This document shows, in pieces, positions 1 through 9,775 of a stretch of DNA of 64,000 nt. Numbering within the stretch: position 1 is the stretch's first letter; each line of letters starts with the position of its first letter. The position numbers and the translations under genes were made by a program. This DNA comes from a virus. The DNA lies in the IMG/VR virus record IMGVR_UViG_3300045051_000531. One strand, written 5' to 3'. The notes beneath the pieces are model-generated. The model was not told the origin of the DNA. It was given only the letters and a program-made list of their open reading frames with translations, and did no database searches.

Positions 1-3
1 GCC

Positions 4-1755
4 ATGGACCGGAACCCCCGGTTCCGCGCCGCCTTCGAAGACTTCGGCTACAACTACCTGGATCTCGCTGGGGCCCCAGTTCAGCAGGAGAAGGTCGCCG
101 CTGAGGACGCCGTTGTCCTGATCAACTCGGTCACCGACGAAGGCGTCGACGAGCTCACCGACGAGCAGCGCACCACGGTTCTCGAAGGCGGCACTGCCGT
201 CATCGACAATCGTCCCGAGGTCGCCAAGGCGATCCTGTACCGAAAGGAAGTCGAGCGCGAGCTCGAGAACCCGACTACGGGCGCCCTCTACGATGTCCTG
301 TGGTCAGACGGTGCCGTGGCCCCAGCCCTGGTCTGCCCGATCGCCAATGGCGAAAACGAGGTCTTCGTCTTCCGTCCCAACGATGGCGACAAGTACTGCA
401 GCATCGATCGCCGCAAGGTCTTCGTGACCCGGATGTACAGCGCCAACGAGCTCAACGACTGGCTCAAGAAGAACACCAAGGAAGCCTCGGCCATCAAGCC
501 GCAGGAAGTCGTCGTCTTCATCGGTTGCGAGGGCGACGCTACCGCAGCGTTCTGCATCTCCGATGTTCGCACCGGGATCGATGGCATCACGGTGGCCACC
601 GTGAATGATCGGCACCACATGGACGCCGGGAACAACTGCAGCAGCGCTCCGTGCATCAGCAGTGGCTACGCTCGCGGCAACAACGGCGACCCGGAGCCGA
701 ATCAGTACAACAACCTGCCGATCGATGGGATGTGTGATCGGGGAACCCGTCAGCGCGATCCCACGGTCTTCACCAAGGAAGTCATCATCACCGAGGCCGG
801 TGGTCGCTCGCCTCGGTTCTCCAAGACGCAGGTCATCGTCAACGACAAGCACTTCTACGCTCTGAAGGTGAACACCTTCAAGCTGGTCTCGACCAGCGAG
901 CTCTACGAGGGCGAAGTCGAGAAGTACGGTGAGCCCAGGAAGGACGCCCAGCTCAAAGAGTCCGACTTCGGCTGCTACTCCACGGTCTACGAGGCCCTCG
1001 ACAAGGTCGCGGCTGAGTTGAAGACTTGGAAGACGGGTCGCGATCTCACCGTGAAGACCGCGGGTCTCCTGGAGACCGTGGCTTCGGAGCGCGACGCCCT
1101 GGCTGTTCTGATGCAGAAGCTCGGGATGTCGGAGACCGATGCGCGCGTCGTCATCGCTGAGGCTGGTCCAACGGTTCAGTACTACAAGCTGAGCCCGACC
1201 ACCAAGGCCGCGGCTGCCATGCTGGATCTCCCTGAGATCAGGGACACCGATCTCGGTGGTTTCATGAACAGCTACCACCAGTCCCAGGTGCCCTACGCGA
1301 CCACGAACAAGCGGGCCCCCGAGGACAACCGCGAGTTCTACCGGTACTACAGCCCGTTCGCGGGCGGCGCCCCGGACAGCGAGGGCGGCAATGATGGCGG
1401 CGAGGACACCTTCGGGATCGTCGACGAAGCCGCCAAGACGGGTGAGAAGGAAGTCTTCGATGCCGCCGCGTTGGGTTCCCTGATCAAGGCCCACAACCCG
1501 ACGGATCTCGTGGATCGCTTCCTGCCCACGATCACCTCAGGCATGGATCGCATCGGCCGCATGCTGTTCCTGATCTACTGGCACTACGAGGACTTCGAGG
1601 AGCGCTACGGCGAGGACGAGCTCAGCGAGTTCATGGACAACCTGCGCACCGTCTTCGAGCAGCTCGGCGACATCGTGATCTTCGCCAAGAAGCGCACCCT
1701 GGCTGGGGACCCCGAACACTACGGTCTCGGGGCCGCCCCGAACATGGAGGGCTGA
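4..1755 (+). CDS. Putative virion/head protein, probably 5'-truncated by the window edge
   Basis: 583-aa ORF with strong GC3 bias, first in the head operon; ATG at 4 may be internal; KTA/KAA motifs; no family recognised. Confidence 0.75.
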   Translation: MDRNPRFRAAFEDFGYNYLDLAGAPVQQEKVAAEDAVVLINSVTDEGVDELTDEQRTTVLEGGTAVIDNRPEVAKAILYRKEVERELENPTTGALYDVLWSDGAVAPALVCPIANGENEVFVFRPNDGDKYCSIDRRKVFVTRMYSANELNDWLKKNTKEASAIKPQEVVVFIGCEGDATAAFCISDVRTGIDGITVATVNDRHHMDAGNNCSSAPCISSGYARGNNGDPEPNQYNNLPIDGMCDRGTRQRDPTVFTKEVIITEAGGRSPRFSKTQVIVNDKHFYALKVNTFKLVSTSELYEGEVEKYGEPRKDAQLKESDFGCYSTVYEALDKVAAELKTWKTGRDLTVKTAGLLETVASERDALAVLMQKLGMSETDARVVIAEAGPTVQYYKLSPTTKAAAAMLDLPEIRDTDLGGFMNSYHQSQVPYATTNKRAPEDNREFYRYYSPFAGGAPDSEGGNDGGEDTFGIVDEAAKTGEKEVFDAAALGSLIKAHNPTDLVDRFLPTITSGMDRIGRMLFLIYWHYEDFEERYGEDELSEFMDNLRTVFEQLGDIVIFAKKRTLAGDPEHYGLGAAPNMEG

Positions 1756-1758
1756 GCT

Positions 1759-2928
1759 GTGAAGAACACGGCCAAGATCTTGCAGCGTGCTGTCATTAAG
1801 ACAGCCGAGACTTGGGCTGACTACGAGCAGTCGAACCCGGACTGGACCGATGAAGAGAAACGGCGGTATTTCTTAGCCTATCTCGGGAAGCTTCAGGGCG
1901 ACGATAAGCTGCCGAAGGGTGTGAAAACGAAGCGCTGGGCCCGCTGGCTTCTGGGTGGTGTCCCGTACGTTCCGGGCAGCGAAGGTAAGCGACTCTACCC
2001 GAACCGGTTGACGTTCGAGAAGTCGGCGGTGATGGGCGCCATGCCGGTGTCCCTGCAGCCCAATGCTGACGTCAACGGGGTCATCGCGAATCAGCCCCGT
2101 GCATCGGTATCCAAGGCGGCAAGCCCGGCCCCGACCAAGGGGAACGTGGGTACGTTGCCACAGCAGCGCGGCCCAGGCTCTTCGACACTGACTGAGTCGT
2201 TGCGCAAGCTGAACGCGGCTCCGGGTGTCGGAACTCTTCCGGCGCCGAAGCCGACGGTGTCTCCTGGCGTCAGCTCGGTGAAGCAGACCTCGATGACGAA
2301 GAACGTGGGTAACACCGGCGCCCCGCAGATCGGCGGCAATGGACCTACAGCCCCCAGCAGCGCTCAGCAGAACCTCAACGATCTGTCGAGTGTGACGCCG
2401 TCGGGGTCCGGGGCATCCAATGACTCCATGCCGCTCATCAAGACGGAGTCCGCCAAGCTGGCTTGGTTCCTGAACCGGAAGACCGCGCTGAGCACCGGGG
2501 TCGGCGGCGGCACGGACCCCGTGTACCGCAACGACCAGCCGGCCAGCAAGAACCCGGCAGCACCACCGTTGCAGGAGAAGAGCGAGACCGGGCTCATGGC
2601 GGCCAGCAATAAGACGTCAGCGTTGACCAAGAAACTGGCGGCCTCCCTGGACCTCCTGACCAGGCTGGCCCCGCTGGTTAATAAGCGCTTCCTGCCGTTT
2701 GATGGCGGGCCCAAGGTTACCCCGACGTATCTGGCGCAGGCCCTGGCAGAGGGTGGCGCAGACTACGTTGGTGCGGCCGTGGAGACCACGGGAAAGGCTG
2801 CTAAGTCTTTGGCCGCACCTCCTTGGCCGGTACCCATGAAACTCAGGATTCTGCAGGCTGCTCGGAAGCTCCAGCGGACCGGAGAAGGCATAAGGCAATC
2901 CTGGCCCCTCGGTAGCTCGCTCCGGTAA
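1759..2928 (+). CDS. Hypothetical low-complexity (P/S/G-rich) head-associated protein
   Basis: 389 aa, GTG start 3 nt after the previous stop; KTA, KSA and KLA motifs. Confidence 0.7.
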   Translation: MKNTAKILQRAVIKTAETWADYEQSNPDWTDEEKRRYFLAYLGKLQGDDKLPKGVKTKRWARWLLGGVPYVPGSEGKRLYPNRLTFEKSAVMGAMPVSLQPNADVNGVIANQPRASVSKAASPAPTKGNVGTLPQQRGPGSSTLTESLRKLNAAPGVGTLPAPKPTVSPGVSSVKQTSMTKNVGNTGAPQIGGNGPTAPSSAQQNLNDLSSVTPSGSGASNDSMPLIKTESAKLAWFLNRKTALSTGVGGGTDPVYRNDQPASKNPAAPPLQEKSETGLMAASNKTSALTKKLAASLDLLTRLAPLVNKRFLPFDGGPKVTPTYLAQALAEGGADYVGAAVETTGKAAKSLAAPPWPVPMKLRILQAARKLQRTGEGIRQSWPLGSSLR

Positions 2929-3010
2929 CCTGCCAGACCCCTATCTAGCGAATCAGCTCGAACCCGATAACCTGACCCACGTCAAGCAGCCATCCTGAAG
3001 GACCCCTACC

Positions 3011-3205
3011 ATGCCCGCTCCCCAGACGAAGCAGATCAAGCTCAGCGCTGACCAGCAGAAGAAGCTCGCCGCTGTCGACCAGTTCGACCGCGAGCAGGCC
3101 TTCGAAGTTGGCTTCGCGAAGTGCGCCAAGGACCTCGGCCTGAACGACACCGAGTTCAAGCAGTTCTACGAGGCCGCCTGCGAGAAGCTGGCTGCCGCGA
3201 AGTAA
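3011..3205 (+). CDS. Small K-x-A motif protein
   Basis: 64 aa, GAAGGA upstream, strong GC3 bias; KLA and KCA motifs. Confidence 0.75.
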   Translation: MPAPQTKQIKLSADQQKKLAAVDQFDREQAFEVGFAKCAKDLGLNDTEFKQFYEAACEKLAAAK

Positions 3206-3218
3206 GTCCGAGTAGGAC

Positions 3219-4019
3219 ATGCTTCCTAGGCTGCTGGCCCCAGATCGGCCGGACTGGCGCTGGGCCCGTGTAGCCGATCTCTCGCAGTTCTCCAATACCC
3301 AGGCCACGGCGCGACTTCGTTCCGAGGACGAAGCAACGCGCCGTGCATACATGTTCCGGCGTGCCCTGGATCGCGGCACCCCGGACGACTTCCCGGATCT
3401 CCACGCCGCACATCATGTCTTCCACACCAGGCCACACGCCAGGTTCTTCCTGGAGGGCATGTTGCTGGCTGGTGCCGACAACGAGCGCATCGCGTCGGTG
3501 TCCGCTGATGTCGATGCGGTCTCCGTGGTCCAGGCCTACCATGACCTGTTCTTCGCGGTTCGGCCTTATCTGAAGAAGCCGGCTTGGGTTGTGGCCTCCG
3601 TCTTCCAGGGCCCCGTGTACCGGACCCACGCCATGGATCGCTCCGGGATCATGCTGCGGGTCGCCTGGATCCTGGGACCACAGGCGTTCGAGACGATGGT
3701 CTGCCGCGGCAACGCCACAGAGTTGGACCGGAATCAGATCCGGACCATGGTGGAAACCATCCTGCACTCCCAGCTCGCCGAAGTCGCGTTCTCCGCGGCT
3801 ACCCGGCAGGATCTCCCCGACTGGATCACCGCGTTCCTGGCCAAGGTCGACGACGCCAAGGCGCCGGGTTCCTCGGACGCCGAGGTCTCCGGACACGTGG
3901 TCTCGTTCCTGGACGGCTTAGCGCTGTCTGTTGCTGACCCCACCGACACCCGTAACTTGAACCTGCCGGCGCGTGAAGCGCGTGCCATCGCCATACCCGA
4001 GGTAGCAACCAATGCCTGA
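3219..4019 (+). CDS. Hypothetical protein
   Basis: 266 aa; 3' end overlaps the start of the next gene. Confidence 0.75.
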   Translation: MLPRLLAPDRPDWRWARVADLSQFSNTQATARLRSEDEATRRAYMFRRALDRGTPDDFPDLHAAHHVFHTRPHARFFLEGMLLAGADNERIASVSADVDAVSVVQAYHDLFFAVRPYLKKPAWVVASVFQGPVYRTHAMDRSGIMLRVAWILGPQAFETMVCRGNATELDRNQIRTMVETILHSQLAEVAFSAATRQDLPDWITAFLAKVDDAKAPGSSDAEVSGHVVSFLDGLALSVADPTDTRNLNLPAREARAIAIPEVATNA

Positions 4020-5394
4020 ATCTCTGATGAGTGAGGCCCGTCATGAGTGCCTCATCAAAGCCGCTGAGGAGACCATCGGGCTCATGAACATCGGTGTCGA
4101 TGGCAACGCTGCTCTCGCCAAGGTGGCCGAGGACTCCGATCTCAACGACCACGAGGTCGAGATCGTGGCTCACGCCATCAACAACTCCAAGCAGCTCGCT
4201 CACCTGCAGTCCTCGAAGCCCGAGGACCGCGAGAACGCGTTCCCGCTGGTGGATCCTAAGGCCGTGAAGGTCCATCAGGAGGAACCCACGACGAACGCCG
4301 ACGTCGAGACCGGGAACCGCTATGGCTCCCAGGATACCCCGTCGCAGAGCGCCGAGGATCGCTTCGAGGGGAACGATGCCCTCGACATCCAGAAGGAGGT
4401 CTCCAAGGAGGCCTCGGTTCAGGACTTCCGCACCGCTGGGACCAAGGTCGACCACGCCGCCGCGCTCCGCGAAGGCTGGGGACTCCAGCAGGCCAAAGTG
4501 GCCCAGGCCCAGGTCAAGCCGAACCAGGACGTCTGGGCTCCGTTCCGGAAGCTGAGCGGCGACGCCCACGTCCTCCAGGACGCCAGCCGAGCCATCCTGG
4601 AACTCCGGGAGGCCGCCGAGGGTGTCCTGGCCAAGCTGGCCTACGAGCTCCGCCGGACCGATGCTCCGAAGTGGGCCGGGATCGAGAAAGCCGCAGCCGC
4701 CAGTGGTGTCAGTTCAGACACCATCGACCTGGTCTACAACACGGCCGGGCTGGAGAAGTTCGGCGAGGCCCGGGCTGACCTCACCAAGACGGCGTCCGAT
4801 CGGATCTTCGTCTCGGCTCGGGAGGCTGCGATCGTCGAACTTTGTGTCCGCGCGGACACCATCATCAAGGAAGCCGGCGAGCTCGTCGCGACACGGGATG
4901 CCGCGCAGAACAGCTCCAGCGCCGCTGAGCTGGATCTCCTCGGGGTCAAGACCGCTGGTGAAGCCCAGTCGTACGCCCCAGGAGCCTTCGTGGAAGGCGG
5001 CTCGATCAAGTTCGATCCTGGTGCCATCAGCAAGGAGTTCGAAACGGCCCCGCAGGACATCCTGTCCCCGGACAACATGATGATTGCGGCTGGTGGCAAG
5101 CCGACCGGAGCCGAGGCTCCTGAGCTGAGCTACGATAATGCCGTTGGTCAAGGCTTCAGGCAGGACGTCGCCAACATCGATGCCAGGGGTCAGATCGAGG
5201 GGCTCATGAAGGATGACTACATCGGTGGTCACGAGCTCCCGGAAGTCATCGAGGCCTACAACGCCGCGATGTCGGTGAACCCGAACTTCGGTCGCGCTGA
5301 ACTCGTCAGCTATATCCGGCAGCACCTCGCCACGAAGGGCGGCGTCCCGCTGGATCTCCAGATCAGGGCGCGCAACAAGGGTCAGTCGGCATGA
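4012..5394 (+). CDS. Putative internal head protein (K-x-A rich)
   Basis: 460 aa, helical composition; KAA, KVA, KEA, KTA motifs; ATGA coupling to the next gene. Confidence 0.8.
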   Translation: MPESLMSEARHECLIKAAEETIGLMNIGVDGNAALAKVAEDSDLNDHEVEIVAHAINNSKQLAHLQSSKPEDRENAFPLVDPKAVKVHQEEPTTNADVETGNRYGSQDTPSQSAEDRFEGNDALDIQKEVSKEASVQDFRTAGTKVDHAAALREGWGLQQAKVAQAQVKPNQDVWAPFRKLSGDAHVLQDASRAILELREAAEGVLAKLAYELRRTDAPKWAGIEKAAAASGVSSDTIDLVYNTAGLEKFGEARADLTKTASDRIFVSAREAAIVELCVRADTIIKEAGELVATRDAAQNSSSAAELDLLGVKTAGEAQSYAPGAFVEGGSIKFDPGAISKEFETAPQDILSPDNMMIAAGGKPTGAEAPELSYDNAVGQGFRQDVANIDARGQIEGLMKDDYIGGHELPEVIEAYNAAMSVNPNFGRAELVSYIRQHLATKGGVPLDLQIRARNKGQSA

Positions 5395-6572
5395 GTTTCG
5401 CCAAGCAGGCCTCGGAAATCGTCACGGATCGTGTCGCGTGTCTCCTGTTGGCCAAGGAGGCCGAGGCTGTCGTCATCGATCCGGATCGTGAGCTCCAGGA
5501 CGAAGCCACTGAGGACGAGGTCCGGAAGTCGAAGCGGAACCGACTGCTCTGGGCCCTCGGCGGACTCGCGGCGCTTGGTGGCGGCGGGTACCTGGCCCAT
5601 CGTACCGGGATGCTGGACGCGATCGGTGATAAGTTCAGGTCCAAAAATCCTGACACCCAACCAGGCGTGCTCCAGCGCGGTGCTGAGGCCGTATCGCAGG
5701 TCCCAGCTACCGCGTCGCTCGCACTGGGTGCTCTGAACGCATCGCGTGGTTCGCGTCGGATCTCCGAGTTCCTGCCCACAGGCCCGCGGGCACTGCGTCG
5801 GCATGCCCCAGGCAACCCGGCGGACTCCCTGCACGGTACCCTCGGAATGGCCGATCAGCTGCGCGAGGATGTACAGCGGACTCCAACGACCGGTGCTGGT
5901 GATGGGATCTGGTCGACCGTGAGCGGAAACCGTGAGCGGGCCGAATTGCGTGACCGTATGCATAGGATTTTCGAGGGCCTCCCGAAGGGCACGAACCAGG
6001 CGCAGCTCGCCGATCGATTCACGCAGATGTTCGATCGTCAGGGAGCCGCTCCAACTGGGCTTCAGGAAGTCCTGTGGAATCGTGCACGGGCCACGCCCGG
6101 CCCCGGTTCGATGACGCTAGACGATATCGACAAACTCGAGCGCACCGTCGCTGATACCACGCGAGGCGGCCGGTTCGGACGTCTCTTCGCGAATCGTCAC
6201 GTCGATCAAACCGCGCTCAGGCTTCTCGAAGAAGGCCTGCAGAACGACATCGCTGCAGCGAAAGCTGGCGATGCCACCGCGAAGGCGCGCATCGAACGCG
6301 TCGCACGCGAGGACATGGGCTTCGACCCGAAGATGCGAGCAAAGGGAGACCCAGCTATCAGTGAGGCTGACGCGGCTGAAAAGCTGCGCGGCACGCTGCG
6401 GCAGTTCCGTACGCTGCCGACACGCCCTGGTCGTAGTGTTGCGGGTGTACTGCGCCGCGGGCTTCTCCCGCTCGCGATTACACATGGTGTCGCCCCTGTG
6501 ACCGCTGGTGCGCTGCGCTGGTCCGGGCTCGACGCACAACCAGCTCCGAAACCGGAAGAGCAGAAACCGTGA
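5391..6572 (+). CDS. Putative internal/ejection protein with glycine-rich hydrophobic segment
   Basis: 393 aa; starts MSFAKQAS; segment LLWALGGLAALGGGGYLA; coupled to both neighbours. Confidence 0.7.
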   Translation: MSFAKQASEIVTDRVACLLLAKEAEAVVIDPDRELQDEATEDEVRKSKRNRLLWALGGLAALGGGGYLAHRTGMLDAIGDKFRSKNPDTQPGVLQRGAEAVSQVPATASLALGALNASRGSRRISEFLPTGPRALRRHAPGNPADSLHGTLGMADQLREDVQRTPTTGAGDGIWSTVSGNRERAELRDRMHRIFEGLPKGTNQAQLADRFTQMFDRQGAAPTGLQEVLWNRARATPGPGSMTLDDIDKLERTVADTTRGGRFGRLFANRHVDQTALRLLEEGLQNDIAAAKAGDATAKARIERVAREDMGFDPKMRAKGDPAISEADAAEKLRGTLRQFRTLPTRPGRSVAGVLRRGLLPLAITHGVAPVTAGALRWSGLDAQPAPKPEEQKP

Positions 6573-7855
6573 TTCCCAAGCTGATCTCGTCGCAGTCGTT
6601 CAACTTCGATGCCCCCGTGGCGTCGCTGGTTCCGCTGCACGGAAATCACGTCGGGCTCACCAAGCACGCCAATCACGGCGTCTTCACGAAGTACCTCAAG
6701 GACTTCAAGGCGCCGCCCAACAAGACCGTGATCCACGTCCTCGCCGTTGGCGACGAAGAGATGTACGGCCCGAACCGCAATGGCGACGGGTTCAGCCGCG
6801 AAGACAATAGAACCGCACATCGTTCTTTCGTCGACATCGGGCACGTCTTCAAGAACCATCAGAACGATGATCCGTTCAAGTCAGTTGGGGATGTCGTTCA
6901 GAGCGGGCATCACGATCTGATGTCGCGCATCGAGCTGCTTCTCGGGCTCGACAACGATAAGTGCCGTCGCGAGATTCAGGCCCTGCACGAGGGCAAGGAC
7001 ATCCCAGTCAGCATGGGATCCATGCAGGACTACGATGTCTGCAGCATCTGCGGGCACCAGGCTCCAACTGCGGCTGACCACTGTTTCCACATCACAGACC
7101 TGCTCGGCCAGATCCTCTCGGATGGCCGCCGGGTCTACATGAAGAACCCGAAGCCGAAGTACTTCGACATCAGCATCGTGTTCAAGCCAGCGGATCGCAT
7201 CGCATACGCGCTGCGCAAGGTAGCCGAGGCGCACGGTCGCGTCATCGGTGGCCACGAACTCGCCGAGCTCGTCGGTATGGGTTCCTGGGCGAACCCGAAG
7301 TTCGCCACGCTGAAGGCGCTGGCTGCGTTCGCGAAGCGGGTCCCTGCCAAGCTGACTGCAGCGGCTCCGAAGAAGCTGACGACGGCTTCCGTCAAGGAGC
7401 TCAGGAAGATCGCTGAACTTCACGGCATCGAGCAGCTCATCGGGTTCCTGAACGCGAACGGCTGGCTCCTCGGCCCCAGCGACTTCGGCGAGGTCATCGG
7501 CCACCCGAACCCGGCTGGCTGCGAGGCCGCTGCCAACGAGTTCGGCAGTCTGGACGCACTTCTCGACGATCACACCCAGGTCGCCGCTCTGGAGCCACCC
7601 GGCGCCCAGGAGTCCCTGAAGATCAGCCCGGACACCGTGTCTGATCTCCGCCGCCAGACCTCCATGGACCCCGGCGCCACCCAGGCCCGCGTCATCCAGA
7701 TCACGATCCAGCAGCCGGTTAGCAAGACCGCGGCGATCATGGATCCCACCGAGGCCCAGGGCTTCGCGCTGCTCTACGGACACTACAAAGTCGCCTTCGC
7801 CCACGTCCACTACGGTCGTCAGGATGTCCTGAGGACCGTGGCGGTCACCTTCTAG
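6569..7855 (+). CDS. Putative prohead (capsid maturation) serine protease with Cys/His zinc-finger insert
   Basis: 428 aa; NRNGDGF, FKNHQN, PVSMG (candidate catalytic Ser), CSIC..CxH, and FDISIVFKPAD resembling the ExSxVxxPA motif of HK97-type prohead proteases; upstream of scaffold and capsid genes. Confidence 0.65.
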   Translation: MIPKLISSQSFNFDAPVASLVPLHGNHVGLTKHANHGVFTKYLKDFKAPPNKTVIHVLAVGDEEMYGPNRNGDGFSREDNRTAHRSFVDIGHVFKNHQNDDPFKSVGDVVQSGHHDLMSRIELLLGLDNDKCRREIQALHEGKDIPVSMGSMQDYDVCSICGHQAPTAADHCFHITDLLGQILSDGRRVYMKNPKPKYFDISIVFKPADRIAYALRKVAEAHGRVIGGHELAELVGMGSWANPKFATLKALAAFAKRVPAKLTAAAPKKLTTASVKELRKIAELHGIEQLIGFLNANGWLLGPSDFGEVIGHPNPAGCEAAANEFGSLDALLDDHTQVAALEPPGAQESLKISPDTVSDLRRQTSMDPGATQARVIQITIQQPVSKTAAIMDPTEAQGFALLYGHYKVAFAHVHYGRQDVLRTVAVTF

Positions 7856-7863
7856 TATCACGG

Positions 7864-7892
7864 TTGACGAGTCCATTCGGCACCCGTAACTT
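7864..7892 (+). promoter_or_regulatory. Sigma70-like promoter TTGACG-17-TAACTT
   Basis: -35 at 7864-7869, -10 at 7887-7892, upstream of ATG 7921. Confidence 0.55.
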
Positions 7893-7920
7893 CCACCACG
7901 TACTCCAGAGGAACACAGAC

Positions 7921-9279
7921 ATGGCCGGTAAGAACATCCTCAGCGAACTCGATGGTCTGATCAAGCGCGCCAGCGCGAAGAAGACCGCCGAGCTCACCAA
8001 GGCTGCCCAGGATGGCAGCATCAGCGCCAAGCTCGACAACGCCGAGGACGGCACCTCGCCCGCCAGCACTGGCGAGCAGGCCGCCGCTATGGCGAAGGCC
8101 GAGAAGGAGACCTACGCCGACAACATGGTCGACACGGGCGCCAAGGACAACAAGCCCGGCGAGTCCGTCTCGGCTTCGACCGAGGGTGCCACGGCTGTCG
8201 CCACCGACGGCCAGAGCGGCACCGAAGGCGCCATGCTGGAGCCCAAGAAGGAGGCCGACAACGGCCCCACCCTGGGCGACACCCCCGAGGGCGGCAGCTT
8301 CAACAGCGGCTCCTTCAAGACCGCGGCTGCCGCGATGCGCAAGCAGGCCGCCGAGCTCCACAAGGCCGCCGAGGCCCTGCTGACCCCGCTGGACAAGTTC
8401 CTGGTCAAGGCGGCTCGTTCGAACCCGGATGCCAAGCTGCGCAAGCAGGCCGAGGCCGTGCCGGATGACGAGCTCGCGGGCTCCGCCGCTGACTCCCTGC
8501 TCCAGCAGATCGAGTCCGGCCAGCTCGGCGACGAGGAAGCCGCGCAGATCATCCAGGAGGCCGTCCAGGCTGGCGCCATCACCGAGGCCGAGCTCGCCGA
8601 GGCCGCTCAGGCCACCGGCGGCGCCCCCGCTGGTGACCCCGCTGCCGCTGCTGGCGGAGCCCCCGCTGGTGAGCCGGTCTCCGAAGAGCAGCTCATGGAG
8701 GCCAAGCTGGCCGCTGCCGATGTCGGCCCGAATGATCCCCGCTACATCAACAAGCTGGCCTCGTTCTACCCGGCCGAGATCAACGCGGGCTACGCCTTCG
8801 CGATGAAGCTCGCTCAGGACATGAGCGCCGAGGGCGACGTCAAGGAAGAGGCCAAGGCTGAGGGTGAGCCGGTCGCGCAGGAGAAGGAAGAGAAGGAGGA
8901 GAGCGGCGAGAAGGAAGAGGGTGGCGAGGAGAAGGAGGAAGGCGAGGAGAAGGAAGAGGGTGGCGAGAAGGAGGAAGGCGGCGAGGCCGCTCCCCCAGCT
9001 GCCGCTGCTCCGCCCGCTGGCGCCCTGCCTCCCGCTCCGGTCGACGACATGGCCGCTCTGGCCCCCGTCAACCCGGATGAGCAGGCCGCTCTCGGCGCCG
9101 TCCAGCAGGAGCTCGGCCTCGATGACGCCTCCCTGGCCCAGCTGATGGCTGCGCCGGCTCCCGAGGCTGCCAAGATCGCCATGGCGAAGGTCGCCAAGGC
9201 GATGAAGGCCGCTGGTGTCGACTACGGCACCCGCGCCCGCACCCTGATCCTCAACAAGGTCGCGGCCGTCCGGCGCTGA
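7921..9279 (+). CDS. Putative capsid scaffolding protein
   Basis: Acidic Ala/Glu-rich protein of about 452 aa; ATG 7921 with GAGGA preferred to the TTG at 7864; EEKEEGGE repeats; many K-x-A sites; lies between protease and capsid genes. Confidence 0.65.
   Translation: MAGKNILSELDGLIKRASAKKTAELTKAAQDGSISAKLDNAEDGTSPASTGEQAAAMAKAEKETYADNMVDTGAKDNKPGESVSASTEGATAVATDGQSGTEGAMLEPKKEADNGPTLGDTPEGGSFNSGSFKTAAAAMRKQAAELHKAAEALLTPLDKFLVKAARSNPDAKLRKQAEAVPDDELAGSAADSLLQQIESGQLGDEEAAQIIQEAVQAGAITEAELAEAAQATGGAPAGDPAAAAGGAPAGEPVSEEQLMEAKLAAADVGPNDPRYINKLASFYPAEINAGYAFAMKLAQDMSAEGDVKEEAKAEGEPVAQEKEEKEESGEKEEGGEEKEEGEEKEEGGEKEEGGEAAPPAAAAPPAGALPPAPVDDMAALAPVNPDEQAALGAVQQELGLDDASLAQLMAAPAPEAAKIAMAKVAKAMKAAGVDYGTRARTLILNKVAAVRR
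8881..8985 (+). repeat. Imperfect purine-rich tandem repeat encoding EEKEEG(G)E
   Basis: Repeated GAGAAGGA(A/G)GA(G/A)GG units in the scaffold-like ORF. Confidence 0.8.
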
Positions 9280-9304
9280 ACCATAGAACCAAAGGAATCC
9301 AGCA

Positions 9305-9730
9305 ATGAGCAAGTACAAGCAGCTCAAGGAAGCCGCCGCCGCTCTGGAAAGCGCCGCGAGCATCCTCGAGAAGCAGGCCGCCGCGGCCGACAACCTCACC
9401 AAGAAGGCTGCCGCCCAGCCTCAGGCCAAGCCTGAGGTCAAGACGGCCGCCGAGAAGGTCAAGCTTGGCCAGCAGGCCAAGGTGGCAGCCGCCAAGCTGC
9501 TGGAGGTCGGTCTGCTGAGCAACCAGAAGCAGGCCGATGTCTTCGCTTCGCAGCTCCTCGATCATGGCCAGGCGATCCAGAAGATCGCCCAGTTGACGCA
9601 ACACGTCACGGCCACGAAGATGGGCCGTGTCGTGATCGACGAGACCAAGACCAAGACCGCCGAGACGGCGACCGAGGTCTACGACGCCAGGGCTCGCGCA
9701 GTTCTTTCCAAGCTCAACCTCAAAGCCTGA
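9305..9730 (+). CDS. Helical scaffold-like K-x-A protein
   Basis: 141 aa, AAGGA upstream; KEA, KQA, KKA, KTA, KVA, KIA sites. Confidence 0.8.
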   Translation: MSKYKQLKEAAAALESAASILEKQAAAADNLTKKAAAQPQAKPEVKTAAEKVKLGQQAKVAAAKLLEVGLLSNQKQADVFASQLLDHGQAIQKIAQLTQHVTATKMGRVVIDETKTKTAETATEVYDARARAVLSKLNLKA

Positions 9731-9775
9731 CGGTTCGCCGATCAGACCAACCCCTCAGACCAAGGAACTCACACC